Below, in pieces: positions 1 through 12,100 of a stretch of DNA of 64,000 nucleotides. The stretch is from NCBI GenBank assembly GCA_030265395.1, contig JARFYF010000007.1, positions 46,785,333 to 46,849,332 on the forward strand, given 5' to 3'. The position numbers and the translations under genes are program-made. This stretch comes from Rhina ancylostomus (Eukaryota). The notes below the pieces were generated by a model that had not been told where the DNA came from, searched no databases, and was given only the letters and a program-made list of their open reading frames with translations. Every line of letters starts with the position of its first letter. Positions within the stretch are counted from its first letter, which is position 1.

Positions 1-89
1 TAAGTAAACAAATACAAAAGGAAAGATTGAAAAGAAATAAAATTTAATTATATGAAAGAAGAACCCCCAAATCAAAAAATAATAAACCA

Positions 90-336
90 GGCATATCTTG
101 CTTTGCCAAAAGTTTGCTGTAAGCAACTGCCCAAGTATGTGCAACTTTGCATGTAGGCTTCTTTATATTAAGTATAAAATGTAAATCTTTGAGTGGGGAT
201 CAGTGCAGAGCTCAGGTTACACTGTTTATTCTTTGCCTGTATCCCTCACTCCCACTAGTGTTAAAATAATAAAGCACTTATTGTACACTCCTTGGTTCTG
301 TTGTTTGCTTTATTACAGCGTGGATTGACTTTCACA
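90..336 (+). mobile_element. LTR-like fragment
   Basis: TATAAAA ~173, AATAAA ~268, ends ...ttcaCA at 336; 5' end and TSD not resolved. Confidence 0.3.
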
Positions 337-1261
337 GATTTGCATGCATGCATTATGGTGCAAAGTTCCACATTCCCATTACCTTCATCTTCCCACTCCT
401 TTTATATTCAAATCTAAAATCCTCTTTCAGTCACCCATTGGTCTTACCTCACCCCTGCATTTTCTCCAAACTCATATTACTCCAGCAAGAAAGACAACAT
501 TCCTCTGATTCTGATCCTTCACACATGCTCTCCTTTCAGATCGTTATTGGCTTTGTACCTGCAGCCACCTGGCTTCACCCTGGAGGGGACTTACAGACAT
601 TTAAGCTACAGAGTCAAAGGCTATGGAGAGAGACCAAAAACACTGGGTGGGTGCAATATTTTCAATTGCAATAAAAAAAGCAGAAGAGAACCCCAGATCT
701 AGCAGCTTCAGTGAGACAAGATTTCCTTCTGTACTTGAGGGATGCAGAACAACCATCCCAGCCACATACTTCCCAACCTTTTCATTATTCATGGTTTATC
801 TTGCAGAAGCAGGAGATTTGGATTTGGATAGGCAAATAAACATGCTGGTTCAAAGTCATTAATTTTGATATACCTTATACTGCAGATTAAAGGTATTCAA
901 AACAAAATTATAGCATTTGGGTCATATAAGGGAGTTTGCAACATATATAACAAACATTTACAGGATGTGTTCAACTTTGTGGGTTGTACTGTACAGCAGA
1001 GATTATTTTTTTATTAATGATGCAAAGGTCTGCTCTTTATTGGAAAATAAGCATGAATGAGATCTTGGTGTGGTCTTTGTAATGGGGGTTGTTTAATCTC
1101 TTACACGTACGAGTGGAGGAATACCATCCTCTTCAGGAGAGGGTAAGAATTCATCATAGCAACAAGATTGCCAACCCACCTGGATTGTTTATCAGTCACT
1201 CAGAATTAAAGAAAGCTCTCCCAAAGATTGCAAAGTCTATTCACTGGCCCACCGATGGGCA

Positions 1262-1444
1262 GGCACGGTGGTGTAGTGGTTAGCATAACGCTATTACAGC
1301 ACCAGCGACCCGGGTTTAATTCCAGCCACTGTCTGTAAGGAGTTTGTATGTATTGCGTGGGTTTCCTCCGGGTGCTCTGGTTTCCTCCCACATTCCAAAG
1401 ATGGATGGGTTAGGAAATTGTGGGCATGCTCTGTTGGTGCTGGA
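1262..1444 (+). mobile_element. tRNA-derived V-SINE (start of tail type A, truncated)
   Basis: A/B-box head; V-domain gcgtgggtttcctccgggtgctctggtttcctcccaca. Confidence 0.85.
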
Positions 1445-2035
1445 TCATCATCTTCTTGTTGCCATCTGCATGTACTGAACTGTCCAAATAAAACTTAGCA
1501 CAGAGTTGAATAACTCTTTCCAATGTATTTGGTACATTACTGGATACCATGAACTCATTACAACAGTTTCTACCTCTTAAAGTTTTTCATCTTTGTCCCT
1601 CTATCCTGCATCCTGACTCCGCTCGGAGTCATTGTAGATTTCAGAGCTTTCTTCTTTTACTGCTATCACGTTATGAATCACTAAGTCGTCTTCTCCAATT
1701 TTCCCATTAGGGACTGTCACCAAGGCTTTCAACTCTAAACTGACTGTGCTGCATTGAGCTGGCACTACTAAGTCCATGCCTGCTGTAACATCCTTCAGAG
1801 AGTCTTCAGAATGTTGCAACTGTCTCGACATTGTAATCAGTCTTCTTTCAAAGCATCCATCTCAATCTGCACTTATTTCAGACCATTCAGCAATTCTGCA
1901 GATGTCATCACTAAGCTGGTCACCATAACTCACACAAGTTTCTTCTCAACTTGTTTGTGGAACTCTTGTAGTCCAGCAGCTGCTTTCCTAATACTTCCAT
2001 GAACAGGGTCTCTCATGCTGTCCAGATGGGGTACA

Positions 2036-2262
2036 GTAAATGCTGGAGATACTCAACACATCAGGCAACACCTATGGAGAGAAAAGCAGAGATAAGGTTT
2101 CAGGTAGATGACTTGCCATCAGAACAAATTTATTGAGTGTCTGTGCCACTGCAGATACTGAGCTACTTGAGTTCTGATGAAAGGTAACTGACCTGAAACA
2201 TTGTTTTTCTCTCTCACTCCATGGTGCTTTCTGATCTAAGTATTTCCAGCATTTTGTATTTT
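2036..2262. mobile_element. Inverted pair of Penelope-like terminal repeat fragments
   Basis: 2036-2125 is a degenerate reverse complement of 2171-2262; CTGATGA..GAAAC core present. Confidence 0.65.
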
Positions 2263-2819
2263 TCTTTCATTGCTACTAACCTGTGTTTTGTCTTTCTTCT
2301 CTCCTGATTAACTACTTTTGCTTGTTTTTTTTCTCTTTGGTTTTTACTTTTCTTCACTTGCTTGTTCCAGACCCCCGTCCCTTTGCATGAAGTTACAAAA
2401 TATGTGACACAATAACCTTGGAAATGTTGGCTGTGATAAGGTGAGGAAATATTTACTGGGCTTCTGAACTTTTCCTCCAGCCACAACGTGCATTGGGTGT
2501 CTGTTGTCTCCACCGCTGCTGAGATGCTTTAGTATGCCAGCTGGTACGATGATGAAATGATGGACATATCCATTTAACGATTGCAAAATTTTTCACAATA
2601 TATTTTGAAAGGAAAAATGAGAAGATTTTCTTCTATGTAATAATGACTAAAACCACATCTGCTCCCTGTACAAATAACATACTTGATTTGCTGCATTATA
2701 TGCAAGAAGACGAATCACAACATTATTTTCAGTAAATTAAAGGTTTCAAAACTGTCACACAGGAAACTGCCAACACACTGAAATGACCGCAGCTTGGCAC
2801 ATCCCGTACCTCCACAGAG

Positions 2820-2985
2820 AGACAAGGATTGGCTGACCCTTGCAAATAGCAGTCAATGCCTCTCTATTTCCAGACAGCCACATGACTCACTGACGCGAGG
2901 AGAGGCGACGAGTTTACAGTGAGAGTTGTGTGAGTGTCGCCCTTGGCTTCAGAAAGGCGCAAAGTGTTTTAGTGTGAGTGACACC
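2820..2985 (+). promoter_or_regulatory. Putative HEPHL1 proximal promoter / 5' UTR
   Basis: ATTGG (inverted CCAAT) at ~2828, AP-1 TGACTCA at 2883-2889, adjacent TGACG half-CRE at 2891; CpG locally enriched over ~2880-3280. Confidence 0.5.
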
Positions 2986-3137
2986 ATGGGTCCCGTCCGT
3001 GTTCTACTGCTCGTCAGTCTTTACGAGCTGGCAGATTCTCTCAACCGAACTTATTACCTCGCAGTCAAAGAGGAGGTCTGGGACTACGCGCCCGCAGGCA
3101 TCAACGAGCTTACAAACCAGGACCTGGAACAGGATGA
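2986..3137 (+). CDS. HEPHL1: HEPHL1 exon 1 (signal peptide, start of domain 1)
   Basis: Kozak acaccATGg; [36 protein letters not shown]; donor GA|gtatgt, phase 2. Confidence 0.92.
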
Positions 3138-6100
3138 GTATGTAGAAGAAAGAATAAATGGAAACACTGTTAGATGCCGCCGAAAGGCAGTAGTTCGCTT
3201 TTCTAAATCTTTTCTGGTATTAAGTGTCTTCAAATAAAGAGATTGCGTTCGTTTTTACCGGTGAGTGTGGTTGAGGGAAGGTGGTCACACCCCCCACCTT
3301 CACTGTACTGGCAACCTTCCAGTCTCAAGTTTTTGTTTTGTCAATTTCAATATATTTTGTTACTTCTCTTTTTGTTTTAATGTAGCATGGCAAATCTTTG
3401 GGAAATTAAATCATAGATTATGTTTACTTAATAATACGTTGTTTGGAAGTGAGCATTGTTATAAATGTTGCAGTGTGTGAATACGTGTATGTTCGTGATG
3501 TGCTGTTTGATGTTCCTCAACTTCTTTATTGTGGGCCTCCTTACCACTGTCCGTGTACCCCAGACACTGGCTTTATACTTTAATCCCTGACATGTCAATC
3601 ATTATAGTCATCTACCCGACCCACCGTCTAACCATTCCACACACTGGTAAACCCAATGCCTGACAAATCCACCTCTTTCACACTTTCTCCCTTGTATCTC
3701 CCCCAAGCTCCACCAGAGAAGTCTTGTGTGCTCCCAGGGGCATATATACCACCATTTAGGAATTTTTGTAAATAATGGCATTTGTTATTTTTAAAAAAAG
3801 TGAATTAAAATACAATTCCATATCAATTGTGTAATAGCCCAGCAGTTCACTGCTGAATGAATCCCTGTTGCTGTTAAGATGTGTATAAAGCTATTGCTTT
3901 GAAGAAGAATGTCTGGAACACCCTAACAAAGGACAATACTGTCCAGAAATTAAATCACATGACACTTTTCTCCAATTGCACAATGCTGGGGGAAATAGAT
4001 TTCTTTCTTTGGAGTGAAACATGATTTCAGGAATTTCCAGATTGCATTGTGTCACACCAGAAATTCAACCAGGCTTTTCTAGGCATGAGTCATGTTTGTA
4101 TTCCTGGTTTCTGTGATGGGAACATATGGGATGAGATCATTCCCATGGAAAACTCCCATGGTAGTACTGAAGGGAACATGGACCATATTGTCCAGTAAAG
4201 AACCATTGATGATTACTTCTGGAGCAACCGAGATTTCTCAGTGCAGTGCTGGGCTGGAAACCCTCCAGGCAAGTCTATTACTTGCCCTTAATCCTTTGAG
4301 ACCTACCACCACCGCCTTATCTTCAATCTGCCCTGCAACAAGATTTATTCCCACCCAAATTCACCTTAGCACTGACATCCAATCTCTGTTCATGATCTTG
4401 CAATTTCCTGGGGCCCAGCTGAGGCCCAGTCCTGTCCGTGACAACCCTGCCCCCACCCCCCCATGATTCAATGATCTCCTAAACATCCACCCCTCACTAA
4501 CCTCATCCCTGACATAATGCTTCACTACCCCACCCTTGACTTAAGCTGGTCAATGCACAGCAAAGCATCAGAGGCTCCTGATAATTGGTATTGGAATTGG
4601 TTTATTATTGTCACTTGTACCAAAATACAGTGAAAAACTTGTCTTGCATACCGATTGTACAAGTCAGTTCATTACAACAGTGCAGTTACATTGAAGTTAG
4701 TACAGAGTGCATTGAGGTAGTACAGGTAAAAAAACAATAACAGTACAGAGTAAAGTGTCCCAGCTACAGAGAAAGTGCAGTGCATTAAGGTGCAAGGTCA
4801 TAGCAAGGTAGATTGTGAGGTCAGAGTCCATCTCATCATATAAGGGAACCATTCAATAGTCAAATCACAGTGGGGTAGAAACTGTCCTTGAGCCTGGTGG
4901 TATGTGCCTTCAGGCTTCTGTATCTTCTGCCTGATGGGAGAGGAGAGAAGAGAGAATGACCTGGGTGGGTGGAGTCTTTGATTACGATGGCTGCTTCACC
5001 AAGGCAGCGAGAGGTAAAGACAGAGTCCAAGGAGGGGAGGCTGGTTTCTGTGACGTGCTGGGCTGTGTCCACAACTCTCTGCAGTTTCNNNNNNNNNNNN
5101 NNNNNNNNNNNNNNNNNNNNNNNNNNNNNNNNNNNNNNNNNNNNNNNNNNNNNNNNNNNNNNNNNNNNNNNNNNNNNNNNNNNNNNNNAGGTAAAGACAG
5201 AGTCCAAGGAGGGGAGGCTGGTTTCTGTGACGTGCTGGGCTGTGTCCACAACTCTCTGCAGTTTCTTGTGGTCCTGGGCAGAGCTGTTGCTTATACCAAG
5301 CTGTGATACATCCAGATAGGATGCTTTCTGTGGTGCATCGATAAAAGTTGGTGAATGTCAAAGGGGACATACTGAATTTCTCTAGCCTCTTGAGGAAGTA
5401 GAGGTGCTGGTGAGCTTTCTTGACGATGGCATGTACATGATTTGACTAGGAAAGGCTATTGGTGATGTTCACTTCTAGGAACTTGAAGCTCTCAACCCTC
5501 TCAACCTCAGTACCGTTGATATAGACAGGTGCATGTACATCGCCCCCTTTCCTGAAGTCAATGTTCATCTCTCATGTTCCCTGGGCACTTGGTGTCCCAG
5601 TGAGGGGTTCTGATGCCACCAACCTATTTACCCCCCACCCCCAAAACTATCACAACACAGGGCTTCAATGCTGGATCACTACTCTTTGGCCACAACACAG
5701 ATCCCAGCTGGAACTATAGCTGTCAGCCACTACTTCCCCGAAGCTGTCTCAGAATGGGCTATTATTCTGTGTGGCATATTTTCAATTAAGAACATGTACA
5801 CTGCCCATTCAGTTGCAGGATCAACTGAAGTCTGCGGTTGGAGCCAACAACAGAAACTCATTGGTGCCGCACTGCACTAATCATTTAACCCACCTTTTAG
5901 GTGTACCAGAATTTCTTGGTTAGCTTCTTTAATAGGAATTATATAGAAACATAGAAAAACTACGGCACAATCCAGGCCATTCGGCCCCCAAAGCTGTGCT
6001 GAACATGTCCCTACCCTAGAAATTACTCTGCTTACCCATAGCCCTCTATATTACATAGCTCCATGTACCTATATTCCTATTCATGACACATTTGACATTC

Positions 6101-9100
6101 AGTTCTGTTTCTGAAACTGACTTGCAGTTTGGAACTTTTGAGATTGCCATTCAGCTATTGAGTAATCAGTTTGTTCAAGTATTTTCTTGCAACACACTCT
6201 ATCATATTTGCACAATAACTCATTTTGAGAATGGATAGGTCCGCATTTATAAATACATTTTTTTACTCATTCCAGTTCCTTTTCACAATAAATTACACTT
6301 ATGGCATTTCAAAAATTGGATATGAGAGTACAAGGAAAAATTAATGAAATGGAGGAATAGTTCTGTACAGCTGATTCTACAGTGTATGTTTGTAACTTAA
6401 GGAGCACTGGAAAAGTTTGTGTGGGATGAACTTGCTCAGTAGCCATCATGGTGCTGGCTGGATTACCTTTTGGAAAGAGGCAGGTTACTTAATTACAATG
6501 TTCCAAGATGGCTGGTGTTTACAGAAAGTTAAACTTGGTTAATTTCCTAATTTTTTTTGTGAAGTAGTTTGTTTCCTTCTCACAACCCTTCAGACATCAA
6601 TCAGGTTGGGCAGGTGCACTGTGAGGAATGTACCGTAAAAGATATTATCTCAAAAGGACAAAATACAATGATAAGGGACTTGTTCAATAGACAATGTGTG
6701 CCGCAAGGCAAGTTTACAATTGTCTCCTTGAAACAGCCACACATTGTCATCCGCAGTTTATGACTTAACTTCAGTTTTTACAGGGTTCTTAACTAGAATT
6801 ATACAAGGCCTGGTGAGACCATACCTGGAGTATCGTGTGCACCTTTGGCCACCTTTCCGAAGAAACGATATACTTGCCATCGAGGGAGTGCAATATGGGA
6901 TTGCTGTATGAAGAGGAATTGGGTCGACTAGACTTGTATTCACTAGTATTAATAAAAATAAGAGATCCAATTGAAATGTAAAGAATTTTGACAAAATCTT
7001 ATGAGTATTTTCTATAACACCATTTATTAATGACTTTGGGATGATAAAGTGATTGTCACAGAGCACAAGATTTGCCGTAAGTGTGACCATAGGTTCATGG
7101 TGAACTCTTTGCAAGTCATGTAATGAATATGAAGTATCCTCAGAGAGTGTTTTTTCCCTGGCCTGTTTCCACTTCTGCAACTGAACTGTAACAGAGTAAC
7201 AGAGCAAATTCAAATCTCAAAGCTGCAACAAAGCAAAGTATTGCATTCATGCACATTTGCTGATAGGATGTAGAATATGATTAACTGTTCAGCCCTTGAT
7301 GCAAACGGGTTGCTTGCTGCTGAAGTTACTGAACTGACCAACAAGCATTTTATAGTCACAACTATAAAGCTGCAGATTAAAACGTAAATGTCCCCAAACG
7401 GACTTTGAATAATATTGTTTCACAGGCGTTATTAATCTACTTTAGGTATTTTCTGTACAACTATTGTCTATGTTCAGCCTGAAGCCATTCAAGTGGGGAA
7501 AATAAGTTAAGGCTCACAGAGCTTCACAATTCTGAACTCTTTTAAAAAGTTTATTAAAACCTGACCAAATGTCATGGATAAAATAATATAAATACTATCA
7601 CTACAAATAAAATGACATAAGATATTATATGAAATTTCCAATGGTATAAAATATTACAAACTGCTTTACTGTTTTACTTTAATAGGACTTCTGTATTCTG
7701 TAACAGAACAATTGACTTGATGCTGTTAAGTATAAAAGCCCGTGCACAGCCTTTATACTTAACAACATCAAGTCAGTTCTGTGTGCTGCTCCCTTGGAAG
7801 CTATCCATGTAGCTCTGATTTTTTTTCTTCTCCAACTTCTTGATTGTAAACTTTGATGCATAGCATGGTAGTGTAATGGTTAGCACGATGCTATTACAGT
7901 GCCAGCGACCTGGGTTCAATTCCTGCAGCTGCCTGTAAGGAGTTTGTATGTTCTCCTGTGTCTGCGTGGGTTTCCTCCGGGTGATCCGGTGTCCTTCCAC
8001 ATTCCAAAGACGTACGGGTAGGTTAATTTGAGGTTTAAAATGGGTGGCATGGACTCGTTGGGCTGGAAGGGCCTGTTACCACGCTATAAATAAATTTTTT
8101 TTAAAAATGAATGAATGAAGATATCTGGAATATTTGTTGGAAGGAGTGAAGTCACACTTACTCATCTGCTGTTGGATGCTAATTAATTGGGACAAACCTT
8201 GCGCTACCTTTCATGCTTTTTTTGCATCCTCTGGGGCATTTGTGCAGGGTCAGTTATGCTGGCTGCATTTGCTAAACTGACACACTATTACTTTACACCT
8301 TTGAAGACAAAAGGAGAAAACATGGTAAAATGCTAAATTGAAGAAGCATATTCAGACAGCAATCCCATTCCAGGGTAATGTGATTTTGTTTTAAGTGTCA
8401 ATGTATCATTGGAAGGGTAGCAAAAAGCAGGGAGGGATTGTACTAGCCTTGAGCATGCTGGAGGCCCCAATGCTCCTACTCATAAGATCCCTCAAGGTTG
8501 CCATGTAATGATGTGGTGACAGGTCAAGGACTTCTGATGGCTGGGTTCTGCTCCTGTGCTGCTGCTCTGCCTTATTGTATTATACTTGCTCTTATTCTAC
8601 AGGCAGAGCAATTAGATGTGATATTTTGTCAAATTTGTACATCTGCCTCCCATTTCACTTAACAGTGCACTTTTGTGCTGTGGTTTTCAAAATTGCACCA
8701 ATGTTTCAGATGGATCAATATGAAGGAGCTAAGGGTGTTTAGGGAACAGCTTGTCACCTGGAAGTTTGGAGCAGGTGTTTTGCAAGGAATATTGTTTCAG
8801 AGCCATCTCTTGATAGTTTTCTTTGGATAAGTTACATTTTTGGCCTGTAAGCAAATCAGTAAAGTTTTGCAAGTGCCACTGACTCTGTTTAAAATCACCT
8901 TTACTGAATAATCTGCTTTTGAGCATGATGCCTCTGCATCTTTTGGAACCTCCTCCCTTTCCCTGCAACTGATGGATGAGGATATTCACAATGTGGCCAT
9001 TTAAGTAGGTCCCATTAGACAATTTATTTTCCAGGTTTTGTCAAATACTGGGAGTATAAATTTCCACTAGACCATTTGTGTGGCTATCAACTGGTGAATT

Positions 9101-12100
9101 AGTCCCAATCCTGCATTGGCCATTCAGGAATTGTATGCACAGTTTCACCTGTTGCTATAAACAGTATTATTGTTAAATGGGGGGGACGTTCTGCCACACA
9201 ATTAAACTCTGAATAGTATACCAACAACAATTTACAGGCCTACATGACTTGAATTAGGCAAAACGCACTAAAAAGGATCTAATTAAACATGACTCCTAGG
9301 TAAGAAGGCAAACTACAAATAAAATTCTCATAAGTTACCGGAGAAGTATCACTCAGTTGGTGAAATATGGATTATGTTCTAATGATACCATCGGGGTGGA
9401 TTATGCTGGCACTCTGTTGGGCCTGGAATTGCTACTTGGGCTGGATGCGAAGGGTCGCTCTCACTGGTTCTTGGCACCNNNNNNNNNNAGTGGCAAGGTC
9501 CAGTCAATGCCCAGGCCTTGGGTGGCATAATGCCCAGACCAAAGTCCTGAAATGCCCTCTTGGGTTTTCAGAAAAATTGGGGAGCTGTGCCTTGCCTGCT
9601 GCTAGGGCTGCTATGAATTTAAAGTTATTATAGATTTTTGACATTCAGAAATAACTAAAAACTATTAAAATAACTAAAATTTAAAAAGGTTGCACTAAAA
9701 ACAAAGTTAATTAAAAACAAATAGCAGTACTTGGAAATTATTAAAAACATCAAACTGAAGCATGGTAATTAAAAAACATAATAACTTGCCTCCCCTTGAC
9801 TCCTGACACAGACCTAGAATCCCCACTTAAACCACTGCTTGCTGCACATTGTTCTCTCCTTACGTCCAAAATAGTTTTTAAGACCTACACTTTAGCTGTA
9901 TCCCAGGGTCATTCTCCTAATTCTGTTTGGGTCTGAATCCCAAAATGGGAATTACCTCTAGTCATGTTACTTTTTAAATGTACTATTTAAATGAAATGAA
10001 GAAAATGCTTTGTTATTTGAGTTTAACCTCAAATACTTACCATAGACATTTTGTAAAGAATCCTTTCAATGTTTGAAACATTGACCTATTACAAGTATTA
10101 ATAAATTTGTTACATAAGCTAAGTACATCATGTCAGAGAGCCAGTTGAATTGGAGCATAAGAATTTCCCAACCAGTACCTCATCCAAACTGTAATTTTAC
10201 ATGAAGTGTTAAGGATATTGATTGTAAGCCTTTCCTAAAATATAGATCAATCCCCAATTACATCAATCTGATCTATGGTTTTTATCTGAAGCTTGAATGG
10301 GCCATAAACAGTGGTTTCCCAGTCTGGGAGCTGCATCGAGGGCCAGTAAATATAAATTTCTGATGTTTTTTTTGAGGTTTTGTGGTTCGTGAATGCTGAT
10401 CATGAGCTCCTGCAATATTTTGCAGAGTGAACATTGCACATTTGTTACCTGGTACATATTCCACAACATTTATTAACACAGTGATGGAGAAGAAACAGCA
10501 CCATCACCAGGGATCATCAGATGAGGAAGACCAGGTGAAGGAGATGAATCAGCAGTGTCAGAGATTTTCTTGTAACTTAGTCCTTCTCCTGAGAACTTCA
10601 CAGTCCTGCCCTTAGGCTTCCATAAAGGTCCTTGCCGCAATGTTCTTCCTTGTTCAAGCAGGATCAAATGCTGCCATAGAATTACACTGAGCTTCATAGT
10701 GCCAATTACGACAGTCAATTAATTTCAAATATGATATTATCTTACCATTCAGATTTTCTTTAATGAATGTTTCTCTAATTGACTGCTCCCAGGAGGTGGT
10801 TCCATAGTGGCCTAAGCAGAGCTGCTGGGTGGTCTCTGGTTGCTTCAGCCTCTGCAGGCCTGACTGCAAAATGCAGCGATTTGCTTGGTGCTGGTGCAGC
10901 CTGGCACCCTGAGAGAGGACAGTACGTTCCTCTTCCATGAGCCATGAATGTTCTTTTGGGCCAGGGCTTATTATTTCCTGCAACCTGGGAGAACAGAATA
11001 TAACTGAACTCTTCTATTTATAGATGATCACATCTTTTTGATTTTCTGTTTTCTCTAATGCTGAGCTCAAAATCTGTATGGCAGCTGATTAAGCTGCAAG
11101 GTTTACCAATCTGGGGGCCAGCTACATGGGGTCCATTACAGTTCCCTAGGAGATACCAGACAGTGTGGTCTAGAGCAGAGGGTGGCAGTGCCACTCCTGG
11201 ATGTGGCAGAGAAACTCCTTGGTTTCTCCTTGGCATCGTTGTCCATGGAAGCTCACTAATTTTCTTCTCGTAATCTGACCTTGAAAAGAGTGATTGATGC
11301 AAGACTTCTGAGATTCACATATATTCAGGTTATAATTCAGACAATGTACATTAAAGTTGCTTTATCTGTATTGAGTTGGATTTTCATACCAACAATATGG
11401 AGACATCCTTCTTGGGTCTCTCCTAGGCCGCTACTCTCCAAAGCTCCCTCTTTTGTATGTGGTTGGGTATTGACATTTAGAATACCTCACTTACACAGCT
11501 CTACTCCCTAGCATAATCCTCTGTCTTCTGGAAAAAGAGGTTAAGTGTGCCAGATGAGTGAGTGGTGTGTATGTGTACAGGGGAATGTGTTCAAAGGTGC
11601 AGATGAGCTGTTGTGGAAGGAAGAAGGGGTGGCATTTAAAATAAAGTGAAATCTATGATCTATGGTGAGTAAGAGTGTCGCTTGAGTTGATAATATATTT
11701 GAGAAAAGAATGATACTATTGCATGGTGTGAGAGAAGAAGGGAAGAGGTGCATGTTTGGAATGAGCTAGGGAGGTGTTTTTATGCTGCTTTGATGGTATG
11801 GTGAAGGAAGTGATGGTGGGAACCATAAGAAAGGTATGGGTGTGGTATGTTACCAGGCAGAGTTGAGAGAGGGATGTACTATTGCTATTCATGTGTGATC
11901 ATAAAATCTTTTTTATTGAACTTGAGCCCTAGTTTTCCTCTGTCCTGATGGTGCCCTTGTGGGTACTGTGATTGAATTACTTCTTCGCTCTACCGGGACT
12001 TCCTGGGGCACTTTAGGAAGGCAGGCAACATTGTCATAGATCTCTGCAGATCCAGGAACTGTGCTAAAATTTGGGCAGGCTCCTGCTTCTATAGGCAATC

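Noticed and set aside
1262-1335. tRNA gene
   Set aside because: The A/B boxes belong to SINE heads that continue into the V-domain; no standalone cloverleaf.
2390-2500. RING-finger-like fragments (QCTLWLEE; PRLLCHIFC) on the minus strand
   Set aside because: They lie in different frames with wrong spacing and missing ligands.
2883-2893. Antioxidant response element at the promoter
   Set aside because: TGACTCACT lacks the required GC of TGACnnnGC.
2926-2985. N-terminal extension of exon 1 in the ORF track
   Set aside because: It uses a TTG start; the ATG at 2986 has strong Kozak context and begins the signal peptide.
5011-5266. Apparent exact tandem repeat within the Rex LINE
   Set aside because: Identical sequence flanks both sides of a 100-N gap, indicating an unmerged contig overlap. 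The same pattern occurs at the gaps near 13405, 19478 and 44112.
10308-10345. hAT-like terminus cagtggtttccca
   Set aside because: No matching inverted end or 8-bp TSD found.
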